Below the pieces are notes generated by a model. The model did no database searches. It saw only the letters and a program-made list of their open reading frames with translations, and was not told the DNA's origin. A DNA stretch of 64,000 bases from an uncultured Fidelibacterota bacterium (GTDB lineage Bacteria; Fidelibacterota; Marinisomatia; Marinisomatales; Marinisomataceae), in assembly GCA_902525615.1 (NCBI GenBank), contig CABZHT010000002.1:10519-74518 (forward strand), read 5' to 3'. Position 1 is the stretch's first letter; every line of letters begins with the position of its first letter. This document shows positions 38,547 through 48,616 of this stretch, piece after piece. Both the position numbers and the translations under genes were made by a program.

Positions 38547-40697
38547 ATGAAAAAATTTTATTTATTAATTTTATTACTCAGTATTTCTTTTTCTCAAGAT
38601 ATCAAATTTTTTGGAACGATTTTAGATACTGAAACAAACGAACCTATAATTGATGCTAATATAGTTTTCATAGAAAGCGATTTTGGATCTGTATCTGATT
38701 CAAATGGAAATTTTTCTGTTACAAATCTTCAAAAGCAAGAATTTGAAATTTTAATATCTGCAATTGGATACAAAGATATCATAGTTTCAATAAATTTGAT
38801 TAATCAGGATAGCTATGTTTTTGAATTAATTCCTGAACCAATACTATCAAGCGCCCTTAACGTAGTTGGAAGATTCCCCTCAAAACATCTTCCTTATTTT
38901 ACTCAAAATATATCTAATGAAAAAATTTCGGATAATAATTATCAAACTATGTCTGAACTCTTTAGAAATATTGGAGGAGTAGACGTTCAAACTGCACATG
39001 ATAATGGTAGAAATGCAAATTTTTCCATTCGCGGATCATCTGATTATAAGCCAGGAGGATATAATAATAGAGTTTTAGTTCTTCTTGATGGATTTCAAAT
39101 AAGTATGCCATACTCCGGTTCTATCGATTGGAATGCAATGCCGCTTGATTTTTTAGAACGTGTTGAAGTAGTCAAAGGTCCAGTTTCTTCGCTTTATGGT
39201 CAAAATTCAATGGGTGGAATAATTAATTTAGTTACTAAAAACTATTCTGATGAATTTTACAATGTCAAAGCTACTGTTGGAAGCTTTGATTCTAAAGATG
39301 TAAACCTTACCATGAGCAATATAACTGATAATATTTCTTACACAGCACTGCTGCAACATAAAAAAGGAAATGGTCATAGATTTAATGCTCAATATGAACA
39401 AAACAATTTTTATACAAAAATATTTAATAAGAAACAGGATTTATCGGTATCATTAATAGCAAATAAATCTGTAAATGGTCAACCTGGTTTTTACATTGAA
39501 GACAGACCTAGCTTGACTTCTTATAGGATTTCCAATAGAGATTCAGTTTATTTACAATTATTTAAAAAACAAACTTTGGATGATAATAATAATATTGTTT
39601 ATTCACTTAGTATGAATCATTTCTACACAAATTATTTTGATAAAGACGATACTCCTATAGAAGAAATTCAAGAACAAACATTTTACAATGATATAAGCTT
39701 AAATCTTAGAGCAGAATACCAAAAATTAATTAATAATAAATTATATTTGATCTTTGGTTCTGATCTTATTTTGGAACAATCTGATATCTCAATTTATAAA
39801 AATATTTATGATGACTTAAAACAAGTTACAGGTGGATTTTTTGCACAAAATAGAATTCAATTAAACGAAAGATTGCTTTTAGGATTAGGATTAAGATTTG
39901 ATTATAGAAATGTTGATAGGGGAAATGAATTTAGCTACAAGTCATTTAGCGATGTTTCACCAAAAATTAATTTAACCTTTAAAAGAGATAATTTTTCAAC
40001 ATGGAATTTTGCATTAAGTAAGGGCTTTAGATCTCCTTCTTTATCTGAACTATTTTTACAATATGAATCTGATTATGGATTAAATACACAAGGAAATCCA
40101 AATCTTAAACCTGAGCAACTTTATGGACTAGATATATCCTTTGATCGTTCAAATAAATCTAATCTTACCTATTCCGTAAGTACATTTTATTATAAATATG
40201 AAGACATGATTGATTTTGTCTATGGTTTGCCTGTATTAGCACTTAATAGATCTGATATAAGTTCATGCGGCTTGGAATCTAATATATCGTATCAACTAAA
40301 TACAAATTTTAATCTAGATTTGGGTTATACATATCTTAGAGTGAATGATATAAATGATATTGATCCTATTCTTTATAGACCAAATCACAAGCTTATATCA
40401 AGCATAAAGTATAAGTCAAATAATATAAGACATATTATTTCTATGAGATATCAGTCTGATCAAGATTATCAAGATTTCTTAAGCGATGAAAGGGAGTATG
40501 AGGGGAGTGAAATAAAATTTCCAATTGAACAACTTGATTCCCTAATTTTATTTAATTACATAGGTAGCTATGAGTTAAATAATAGAGATAAGATATCTCT
40601 TAAAATATCCAACTTATTTAATAAGCAATATGAATTAATTCAAGATTTCCCAATGCCGGGTAGAACGATTAGTTTGATGTACGATAAAACATTTTAG
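38547..40697 (+). CDS. TonB-dependent receptor
   Basis: Signal peptide, N-terminal CarboxypepD-like domain, IRG...VLVLLDG, RVEVVKGPVSSLYG, GNPNLKPE, NLFN and terminal Phe. Confidence 0.93.
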   Translation: MKKFYLLILLLSISFSQDIKFFGTILDTETNEPIIDANIVFIESDFGSVSDSNGNFSVTNLQKQEFEILISAIGYKDIIVSINLINQDSYVFELIPEPILSSALNVVGRFPSKHLPYFTQNISNEKISDNNYQTMSELFRNIGGVDVQTAHDNGRNANFSIRGSSDYKPGGYNNRVLVLLDGFQISMPYSGSIDWNAMPLDFLERVEVVKGPVSSLYGQNSMGGIINLVTKNYSDEFYNVKATVGSFDSKDVNLTMSNITDNISYTALLQHKKGNGHRFNAQYEQNNFYTKIFNKKQDLSVSLIANKSVNGQPGFYIEDRPSLTSYRISNRDSVYLQLFKKQTLDDNNNIVYSLSMNHFYTNYFDKDDTPIEEIQEQTFYNDISLNLRAEYQKLINNKLYLIFGSDLILEQSDISIYKNIYDDLKQVTGGFFAQNRIQLNERLLLGLGLRFDYRNVDRGNEFSYKSFSDVSPKINLTFKRDNFSTWNFALSKGFRSPSLSELFLQYESDYGLNTQGNPNLKPEQLYGLDISFDRSNKSNLTYSVSTFYYKYEDMIDFVYGLPVLALNRSDISSCGLESNISYQLNTNFNLDLGYTYLRVNDINDIDPILYRPNHKLISSIKYKSNNIRHIISMRYQSDQDYQDFLSDEREYEGSEIKFPIEQLDSLILFNYIGSYELNNRDKISLKISNLFNKQYELIQDFPMPGRTISLMYDKTF

Positions 40698-40701
40698 TCT
40701 T

Positions 40702-40756
40702 TTGAGACTTAATCTCAATAAATTTGCTTGACCTAAATTCTTTTCGTTATTATAAT
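40702..40756 (+). promoter_or_regulatory. Palindromic operator (Fur-box-like) plus consensus sigma70 promoter
   Basis: TTGAGA-CTTAA-TCTCAA (40702-40718); TTGACC (40728)-17 bp-TATAAT (40751). Confidence 0.65.
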
Positions 40757-40781
40757 TCGCTTAACTTATAAAGGGGAAAAA

Positions 40782-41267
40782 ATGAATATCATAAAAAAAC
40801 TATCATTATTTACCATTGTTTGTTCAATGTTATTTCTGGTTTCTTGCGAGGATGATTCAAATGATCCAGCAACCTCAGGAACATTGAATATTACAATTAA
40901 TGTTACAAATCCTGATTCATGGCCTGCTGAGGGAACAGTATTTTGTTCTTTAGATAAGACATGGCCTCCATCTGGAGCACCGTATAAATCTGTTGTTTTA
41001 CAGAGTGCACAGGTGCAAAATGGACAAATTTCTTTAGTATTTGAAGATTTAGACTTTGATACTTATAAATTATTATCAGTATCATGGTTAGATCCAAATA
41101 ACTCTAATCCTGCTTGCAATCAAGCAGTATGGGGAACACACAGTGGAAGCATTCAAGCTTTTTATGCTGATGCAGTACCTTTTACTTTTAGTGCAGAAAA
41201 CTCTGAATTAAGTCTAGTAGTGAGTGCAGTAGCTAATACTGTAACACCTGATTGTCCTCCAGGATAA
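40782..41267 (+). CDS. Hypothetical lipoprotein
   Basis: AAGGGG RBS, lipobox LVSC, beta-rich mature region. Confidence 0.8.
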   Translation: MNIIKKLSLFTIVCSMLFLVSCEDDSNDPATSGTLNITINVTNPDSWPAEGTVFCSLDKTWPPSGAPYKSVVLQSAQVQNGQISLVFEDLDFDTYKLLSVSWLDPNNSNPACNQAVWGTHSGSIQAFYADAVPFTFSAENSELSLVVSAVANTVTPDCPPG

Positions 41268-41279
41268 GGAATTGATAAT

Positions 41280-41312
41280 AAAAAAAGGCGAATATTTCAT
41301 TCGCCTTTTTTT
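41280..41312. terminator. Bidirectional rho-independent terminator
   Basis: AAAAAA-GGCGAAT-atttc-ATTCGCC-TTTTTTT between convergent genes. Confidence 0.88.
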
Positions 41313-41913
41313 ACTTTAATTTATCTGAAACAAAACTCCAATTTATAGAATTGTCTAGAATTGCTTTAACATAATCTGGGCGAACATTTTTATAATCTAA
41401 ATAGTATGCATGTTCCCAAACATCAATTCCCATTAGAGCATGTTTTCCATGGGCTAGAGGATTCTCACCATTTGGTGTTCCCATGATTTCCAAAGATGAA
41501 TCATTTTGAACTAACCAGCACCAACCACTTCCAAAAACTCCAACTGACTGTTGAACGAATTGATCTTTGAAAGAATCAAAATCTCCAAATGAGCTTTCAA
41601 TCATTGTATGAAGCCTACCGCTAGGAGCAGTTTCGCCTCCTGGTTTCATTTGATCCCAGTAAAGGATATGGTTCCATGCTTGTCCAGCATTGTTAAAAAT
41701 CTTCTGTTCTTTATCCTTAAAACTTTCAACAACTACATCTTCAAGGCTCATATCATTATATTTGGTTCCCTCAGCTAAGGTATTCAACATATTAAAGTAT
41801 GCTTGATGATGTTTACCATAATGCAGCTGAATGGTATCAGATGATATGACTGGAGACAAGTTATTTTCTCCAAAAGGTAATGGAGGAAGATTAAATTTTT
41901 TTGCATCGTTCAT
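41311..41913 (-). CDS. sodB: Fe superoxide dismutase
   Basis: HYGKHH, NNAGQAWNH (Fe-type Gln), FGSGW and DVWEHAYY. Confidence 0.93.
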   Translation of the reverse strand: MNDAKKFNLPPLPFGENNLSPVISSDTIQLHYGKHHQAYFNMLNTLAEGTKYNDMSLEDVVVESFKDKEQKIFNNAGQAWNHILYWDQMKPGGETAPSGRLHTMIESSFGDFDSFKDQFVQQSVGVFGSGWCWLVQNDSSLEIMGTPNGENPLAHGKHALMGIDVWEHAYYLDYKNVRPDYVKAILDNSINWSFVSDKLK

Positions 41914-41994
41914 AAAAAACTCCTTTTAATCAAATTTTAATTCATAAATTTAATTCCAATTTAATTGATATAATAAACATAAATAGGGAAAAAT

Positions 41995-42495
41995 ATGGCA
42001 AAAGTAAAATTAGGTGACTTTGAAGTAACATTAAATGGTGAATTACCAGAGGTAGGTAGTCAATTACCAGATTTTTTATTAGCAGATGGTGATTTAAAGA
42101 ATGTTGGCTTAAAACAGTTTAAAGGAAAAAGATTAGTTTTAAATATTTTTCCAAGCATGAGTACTCCAGTGTGTTCAGCTGCAGCAGTAAAATTTAATGC
42201 TTTAGCAAGCCAGTTTGAAAATACAGTTATTTTATGTATTTCTAGAGATTTAGGATTTAGCCATAAACAGTTTTGTATTAATCATAATCTAAATGATATA
42301 GTCTTTTTATCAGACATGAGAAATGAAGATTTTGCTAATAATTTTGGGATTCTTCATACAAACGGAAAATTTCAAGGGCTACTTGCTAGATCAGTAATTG
42401 TTACAGACTCTAATCATGAGATTGTTCATACACAGCTTGTTGAACAGACAGGGCATGAGCCTGATTATGATAATGTGGTTGAATTACTTACTTAG
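41995..42495 (+). CDS. tpx: Thiol peroxidase
   Basis: LNIFPSMSTPVC, ISRDL, FC, GLLARSV and HEPDY. Confidence 0.9.
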   Translation: MAKVKLGDFEVTLNGELPEVGSQLPDFLLADGDLKNVGLKQFKGKRLVLNIFPSMSTPVCSAAAVKFNALASQFENTVILCISRDLGFSHKQFCINHNLNDIVFLSDMRNEDFANNFGILHTNGKFQGLLARSVIVTDSNHEIVHTQLVEQTGHEPDYDNVVELLT

Positions 42496-43369
42496 TAATA
42501 AGAACGGGACAATTACATTTTTGCGCAATACTTAAAGGCTTACTTCCAAAAAAGTATTTCATAATTGGATTTTTTGGAGAAACTCCAAGAATTACAATAC
42601 TATTATCTTTTGCGTAATTCACAATTGAATTTACCGCAGAGCCGTCAATTAATTTTGTTGTAGTTTGAATTCTATTTTTTGAAAACTTTTCTTTTGTTTT
42701 CTTCAGTATTTTTTCTACTTCTTCAATCGATTTTTTCCCTTCTGGAACCGAAACTATTTCAACATTGAGTTTATAAGATTTTGCAAAATTTATAGCAGTT
42801 TCTATAGCCATATCTGAACCCTTAGAATCATTTACCGGTAGGAGTATTTTATACTTTTTATTAACAGAATAATTTTTGACAACAAAAACTGAACTATCGA
42901 TAAATTGAACCAATTTTTGATGAATCCCTTTATTTCCACTGCCACCAATTATGGTTATATCATGCTTATTTGTTTCTACTTCATCTTTTAGTTGTTCAAT
43001 TATTTCACCTGTGCGCATGATTAAATCAATTTTATCTGACTGTTGTCCTTTTAGTAATACTTTCATTCTCGAATTTTCTTCATCAACTAGAAGGTAATCA
43101 TCAAATTTATTCGAGTCTTTTTCTTCAATATATTTTTTTGATATCAAAAAATCGTATGCCCACTCAAGCGTTCTAATTCCAGGCCTATAAAGTTCTCTAT
43201 CATCCAAATTTTGATGTACTACGCTTACATCTTTTTCTGAAAATTGACTTATTTTTTTACCAACATATGCAATTGTTGTTGACGACTTAAACGAATTTGC
43301 AATTTTCATTCCAAGATCTAAAGTAGGTTTTGAGAATTCTCTTCCACCAATAGCAATTAAAATTTTCAT
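42488..43369 (-). CDS. Tandem universal stress protein
   Basis: Two USP-like domains; FFGSKPLSIAQKCNCPVLI; overlaps the transporter stop. Confidence 0.85.
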   Translation of the reverse strand: MKILIAIGGREFSKPTLDLGMKIANSFKSSTTIAYVGKKISQFSEKDVSVVHQNLDDRELYRPGIRTLEWAYDFLISKKYIEEKDSNKFDDYLLVDEENSRMKVLLKGQQSDKIDLIMRTGEIIEQLKDEVETNKHDITIIGGSGNKGIHQKLVQFIDSSVFVVKNYSVNKKYKILLPVNDSKGSDMAIETAINFAKSYKLNVEIVSVPEGKKSIEEVEKILKKTKEKFSKNRIQTTTKLIDGSAVNSIVNYAKDNSIVILGVSPKNPIMKYFFGSKPLSIAQKCNCPVLITK

Positions 43370-44775
43370 AGCGTTACCCAATAAAATTGTGACATTAAAT
43401 ACAAAATAATAATCGAAATACTAAACATCAATATTCCAACTCTAAAAAACATTTTAGTCGAAACTAGTCCAGTAGAGTAAATAATCATTGCTGTTGGAGA
43501 TGAAATTACTGTTAGGAATGAAAACCCTGAGGCTATTGCTGAAGAAAGAGCAAAGGAAATATCTGTTGGATGCAGTTCAATAGCCATTGGTCCAATTAAA
43601 GATACAGTAGCTGAGCTAGTAAAAAAGTTGGCAGTAAGTCCTGATAAAACCGCCATAATTGACCAACTTACATTCATTGAATTTGAAGGCAAAGTTGCTA
43701 ACAATTCATTGAATTTTAAAACTAGCCATGATGATGCGCCTGTTTCATTTATTTGAAACCCTAGGGAAATTGTGGCTGCAAAAAGAAGAATGACTCCCCA
43801 GTTTGTATTTTTATTTATTTCTTCCCATGAAATCATTCCAAAAATCATAAACGTTAATGCTCCAGCAAGTGCAATGATTCCTAAGCCATAAATATCATTA
43901 AAAGCAAACCAGCTTGAAACAATACCAACGATGATTAAACATGAAAAAAGATGATTTATATTTTTTTTCACGTCTGTTTTACCAATATTTTTTTTGAATC
44001 CTCGCATTTTAATGTTGTTCAATGAAGATGGAAAAGTAAATTGAAGCACAAAATAGGCCACAACTAACTGAATCATTAAAATCGGATATGCGTGCTTCAT
44101 CCATTTCCAATAATCAATACTGACATTACTAAATTCTTGAAGATAGTTAATCATAATAACATTTCTAGCACCACCTGATGGTGTTCCAATTGATCCAATA
44201 ATTGTACCGTAAGCGATTGAAAATAAAGTAAGCAGTACAGCATTTTTTCCATCTGCTTTTTGAGTATCAATGTTTTTTATAACTGATAGGCCAATCGGTA
44301 GCATAATTGCAATAACTGTATGCTCTCCCAAGAAAGAAGACAGAATAGCAGAGATTGTCATTAGTCCTGCTAAAAACATTCTTTTGCTTTTGCCAAAAAT
44401 TTTAATAATCATTTTTGCTAATCGTATATCTAATCCTTGATGTACAATTGCAATAGCAAACATTAATGAACCCATTACAAATAATACTGCATCATTCATA
44501 AATGAAGAGGCTACAACATCTGGAGGTGCAACTTCTAGAACAACTTGCAAAACTAACGTGAGTAATGCAATGGCTGGAAATGGTATGGGTTCAAATGTTA
44601 CAAGCATAAAAACGAGCAAAAGTATAATTAAGCTGTGATAGGCTGGAACTGTAAGTCCAACTGGCGTGGATAAATTTAAAAGAAATATTGAAATGACTAT
44701 ACTATACACAAACCATTTTTTTTGAGAAAACCAGAAAAGAATTGATGAAGAAATAACTTTATATGATTCGTTCAT
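43366..44775 (-). CDS. SLC13/DASS sodium:anion symporter
   Basis: FEPIP, GTPSGGARN, NWGVILLF and SSPTAMI; about 12 TM segments. Confidence 0.88.
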   Translation of the reverse strand: MNESYKVISSSILFWFSQKKWFVYSIVISIFLLNLSTPVGLTVPAYHSLIILLLVFMLVTFEPIPFPAIALLTLVLQVVLEVAPPDVVASSFMNDAVLFVMGSLMFAIAIVHQGLDIRLAKMIIKIFGKSKRMFLAGLMTISAILSSFLGEHTVIAIMLPIGLSVIKNIDTQKADGKNAVLLTLFSIAYGTIIGSIGTPSGGARNVIMINYLQEFSNVSIDYWKWMKHAYPILMIQLVVAYFVLQFTFPSSLNNIKMRGFKKNIGKTDVKKNINHLFSCLIIVGIVSSWFAFNDIYGLGIIALAGALTFMIFGMISWEEINKNTNWGVILLFAATISLGFQINETGASSWLVLKFNELLATLPSNSMNVSWSIMAVLSGLTANFFTSSATVSLIGPMAIELHPTDISFALSSAIASGFSFLTVISSPTAMIIYSTGLVSTKMFFRVGILMFSISIIILYLMSQFYWVTL

Positions 44776-44906
44776 GAATTTGAATTTATCATAATTAATT
44801 AAAAAAAGTTAATACTTAAGTTTTATCTCTTGACTGAAGACCATTATAGACGTAATGTTTACACATAATTTTATAAAAATTATTAAAGTTTTTTATAATT
44901 GTTAAA

Positions 44907-45554
44907 ATGCAAATATTTCCAAGATGGACAAATAATTTTCCAGGAATTTTCCTGATAGCAGTTTTTCTGCTAATTTTTTCGTTATCTTCTTTTATTTGGT
45001 ATTACGGATCTCCTTATTATACAGATGTTGGTTATGCGCCAACTCAACCAGTTCCATATAGTCATAAATTGCACGCCGGTGATATGGGTATTGACTGCCG
45101 CTATTGTCATGTTGGTGTTGAGCAAGGTTATTCAGCAGTAATACCTCCAACTGAAACATGTATGGGCTGTCATACTTATGTAAAAACTGATAGCGAGAAA
45201 TTGAAATTAGTAAGAGAAAGTTGGGAAACTGGAAAACCAATTGAATGGATAAAAGTTCACATGCTTCCAGAATACGCTTATTTTAATCACAGCGTTCATG
45301 TTAATTCTGGAGTAGCTTGTATATCTTGTCATGGAAATATTGCAGAAATGGAAGTTGTTTATCAAGTCCAACCTTTAAGTATGGATTGGTGTTTAGATTG
45401 TCATAGATCTGATGCACCTGAAGTAAGACCTGTAAGTGAAGTAACCAATATGTATTGGACTCCACCTGCAGATTATGATCAATTTGTTTCATCGTGGGTA
45501 GCAGAACATGGTGAAGAAAGACCTGTTGAGGATTGTCAAAAATGTCACAGATAG
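44907..45554 (+). CDS. actA: Alternative complex III pentaheme cytochrome c
   Basis: Five CXXCH motifs (CRYCH, CMGCH, CISCH, CLDCH, CQKCH) and GYAPTQPVPYSH. Confidence 0.93.
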   Translation: MQIFPRWTNNFPGIFLIAVFLLIFSLSSFIWYYGSPYYTDVGYAPTQPVPYSHKLHAGDMGIDCRYCHVGVEQGYSAVIPPTETCMGCHTYVKTDSEKLKLVRESWETGKPIEWIKVHMLPEYAYFNHSVHVNSGVACISCHGNIAEMEVVYQVQPLSMDWCLDCHRSDAPEVRPVSEVTNMYWTPPADYDQFVSSWVAEHGEERPVEDCQKCHR

Positions 45555-48500
45555 AAAAGAAGAATCAAGAATTTGTTAAGACTAATTCTCACGTTCTTGA
45601 GGATACTACTAATCAAGAATTTGGGTACTGGAAAAGTCTTAAAGATATTTCATCAGAAGATGATTATAATCGTTTTTTAAAACAGTCTGAGCATAATGTT
45701 GATAACGGTCTTTCAAGAAGAAATTTTTTATCATTGATTGCTGCATCAGTTGCACTTGCTGGATTAGAGGGTTGTAAAAAGCCTGTTCAAAAAATAATCC
45801 CTTATGTTGAAGCTGAAATTGGTACAATTCCTGGTATTCCTAAATATTATGCAAGTACTTTACCTTTTAAAAATAATGCTTTAGGTGTTGTTATTGAAAA
45901 TCATGATGAAAGACCTGTAAAAGTTGAGGGTAATGAAAAACATCCAACTTCTTTAGGTAAATCAAATTCCTTTGCACAGGCTAGCACATTAGAAATGTAT
46001 GATCCTGACAGAGCAAGAGGTGTAAAGTTTAAAGGTAATAAAGTTGATTGGAATGAATATTTAAAGTTTGCTAAAAGTATCAATGATGGCAATGGTAAAG
46101 GTTTGGCAGTGCTCATGCAAGAGTCATCTTCCCCAACTATTAAGTCAATTCAGGAAGACTTTAAAAAGAATTTACCAAATGCAGATTGGGTTGTATATGA
46201 ATCAGTTAATAATGAAAATTTATATGACGGAATCGAACTAGCGTTTTCAAAAAGATTGCAACCGCTTTATAGATTAGAAAAAGCTCAGATTATAGTTTCA
46301 TTGGGTTCAGACTTTTTGGGAGTCGATGATAATAATATATACCATACAAGAAAGTTTGCTCAGAATAGAAACATTGTTGACGAAAATAGCACCATGAATA
46401 GATTGTATGTTGCTGAAAGCTCTATATCATCTACCGGATCAAGTGCTGATCACAGGCTAAATGTCCCGCAACATGAGATGGAAAATTTATTAGCTGAATT
46501 AGCTTATGAACTCAAACAGCTTGGATTAAGAATTGAAGCCAAAAAAGTTAAGAGTTCAAATAATTTATGGGTTAAAGCTGCCGCAAAAGACTTATTTGAT
46601 GGAAGAGGTGAATCAATTATAATTGGAGGTTCATCTTTATCTAAAGAGTTCCACCAATTGATTGCTCTAATTAATTATAATTTAAAAGCTCCTGTTGATT
46701 ATTATCCTTTAAATATGTCTCAGGTTTCATCGATAAATAATTTTGAGTCACTTTGCAATGACATGAAAAATGGCAAGATTAATAATTTAATCATTCTTGG
46801 CGCTAATCCAGTTTATGATTCTCCTGTTGATTTTGATTTTGCAGAATCATTGAAAAAAGTTAAAAATTCAGTTCATCTAACTAATATAATTGATGAAACC
46901 TCAAAGCTATGTTCATGGAATATTGCTATGAACCATTATTTTGAATGTTGGGGAGATGCAATGACTTACGATGGACATGTAAGTATTGTTCAACCTCAAA
47001 TTATGCCATTATTTGATTCTAAAAGTATCATCCAAGTACTTTCTCCAATCGTTCACTCAAAAGAGCAAAGTGCGTATGATACTGTTAAAAATGTTTGGAA
47101 ATCAAACATTATTAAAAGTGGAAATTTTGAAAGAGAATGGGATAAAGTTTTACATGATGGGTTATATAAAAAACCAATTTTTAAAAAGGTCAATGTCAGG
47201 CCTGCTTCAAAAATATCTACAGCTGTACTAAATAATTATAGTTTAGATAATGATAAATTTGAAATTGTTTTTTGTCCTTCCTCTTCTGTTTACGATGGGA
47301 GGTATGCAAACAACGGTTGGTTGCAAGAAATTCCTAAGCCAATAACAAGCCTAACTTGGGATAATGCTGCACTAATTAGTATAAAGGTTGCAAAGAAACT
47401 AAATATAAAAAATGGTCAAATGTTAGAAATCTCAGTGGGAGATAAATCTATAAATATTCCTGCTTTTATAACACCTGGACAAAATCAAAAATCAATAACC
47501 CTTGAATTGGGTTATGGAAGAAAATTCGATGGAAGAATTGGAAATGAAGTTGGATTTAATGTTTATCCATTAAGAAGTTCTGATAGTCCATCATTTATAT
47601 TAAATGGATCTATAAAAGTTTTAAACGAAACATATCCACTAGCTTCAACTCAAGATCATCACGGATTAGAGGATGATAAGTATGCTGCACCAGGTTTTGA
47701 TGACCTTGCCAATAAAGAGACACAATCAAGAATCCCAGAATTAGTTAAACAGTCAACACTAGATTACTATAAAGATAATCCTGATTGGGTTCAAAAAAAG
47801 GTTGAACAACATAAACCAGATAAGAATAGAAGTTGGGCTGATCATTCAATGTATAATCCTGATTGGGATTATTCAAAAGGACCACAATGGGGAATGTCCA
47901 TCGATCTAACGAGTTGTACTTCTTGTAATGCTTGTTCCATTGCTTGCCAAAGTGAAAATAATATTCCAGTTGTAGGTAAGCAGCAGGTTATGAATGGTAG
48001 AGAAATGCATTGGATAAGAATAGATAATTATTTTGCTGGAGATCCTGATAATCCTGAAGTGTCGACTCAATCTGTAGCTTGTGTTCATTGTGAGCTTGCA
48101 CCTTGTGAATCTGTCTGTCCAGTAGCTGCTACGACACACTCTTCCGATGGTGTAAATCAAATGACTTATAATAGATGCCTTGGAACCAGATATTGTGCAA
48201 ATAATTGTCCTTACAAGGTAAGAAAATTTAATTTTTACAATTACACAAGAGATTTGCCTGAAGTGGTACAGATGGCAATGAATCCGGATGTTTCCATCAG
48301 GTTTAGAGGTGTAATGGAAAAATGTACATACTGTTATCAAAGAATTAGCTCAGCTAGAATTACTGCGGAAAATGAAGGAAGAGAAATTAAAGATGGAGAC
48401 TTCCAGGTTGCTTGTCAACAATCATGTCCCGCTGATGCAATTAAATTCGGAGATATAAATGATCCTAACAGTGAAGTTAGCAAAGCAAAAAGAAGAAATC

Positions 48501-48616
48501 GCGATTATGCATTACTAGCTCATTTGGGTACTGCTCCACGAACAACTTATTTGGCAAAAATTAGAAATCAGAACCCAATGCTTGTTTCAAAATCTCAAAA
48601 TGGGAGTTATCAATAG
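45542..48616 (+). CDS. actB: ACIII ActB (molybdopterin-oxidoreductase-like plus 4Fe-4S fusion)
   Basis: YWKSL, SRRNFL Tat motif, ANNGWLQE, LTWDN, CTSCNAC, CVHC and EKCTYC. Confidence 0.93.
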   Translation: MSQIEKKNQEFVKTNSHVLEDTTNQEFGYWKSLKDISSEDDYNRFLKQSEHNVDNGLSRRNFLSLIAASVALAGLEGCKKPVQKIIPYVEAEIGTIPGIPKYYASTLPFKNNALGVVIENHDERPVKVEGNEKHPTSLGKSNSFAQASTLEMYDPDRARGVKFKGNKVDWNEYLKFAKSINDGNGKGLAVLMQESSSPTIKSIQEDFKKNLPNADWVVYESVNNENLYDGIELAFSKRLQPLYRLEKAQIIVSLGSDFLGVDDNNIYHTRKFAQNRNIVDENSTMNRLYVAESSISSTGSSADHRLNVPQHEMENLLAELAYELKQLGLRIEAKKVKSSNNLWVKAAAKDLFDGRGESIIIGGSSLSKEFHQLIALINYNLKAPVDYYPLNMSQVSSINNFESLCNDMKNGKINNLIILGANPVYDSPVDFDFAESLKKVKNSVHLTNIIDETSKLCSWNIAMNHYFECWGDAMTYDGHVSIVQPQIMPLFDSKSIIQVLSPIVHSKEQSAYDTVKNVWKSNIIKSGNFEREWDKVLHDGLYKKPIFKKVNVRPASKISTAVLNNYSLDNDKFEIVFCPSSSVYDGRYANNGWLQEIPKPITSLTWDNAALISIKVAKKLNIKNGQMLEISVGDKSINIPAFITPGQNQKSITLELGYGRKFDGRIGNEVGFNVYPLRSSDSPSFILNGSIKVLNETYPLASTQDHHGLEDDKYAAPGFDDLANKETQSRIPELVKQSTLDYYKDNPDWVQKKVEQHKPDKNRSWADHSMYNPDWDYSKGPQWGMSIDLTSCTSCNACSIACQSENNIPVVGKQQVMNGREMHWIRIDNYFAGDPDNPEVSTQSVACVHCELAPCESVCPVAATTHSSDGVNQMTYNRCLGTRYCANNCPYKVRKFNFYNYTRDLPEVVQMAMNPDVSIRFRGVMEKCTYCYQRISSARITAENEGREIKDGDFQVACQQSCPADAIKFGDINDPNSEVSKAKRRNRDYALLAHLGTAPRTTYLAKIRNQNPMLVSKSQNGSYQ

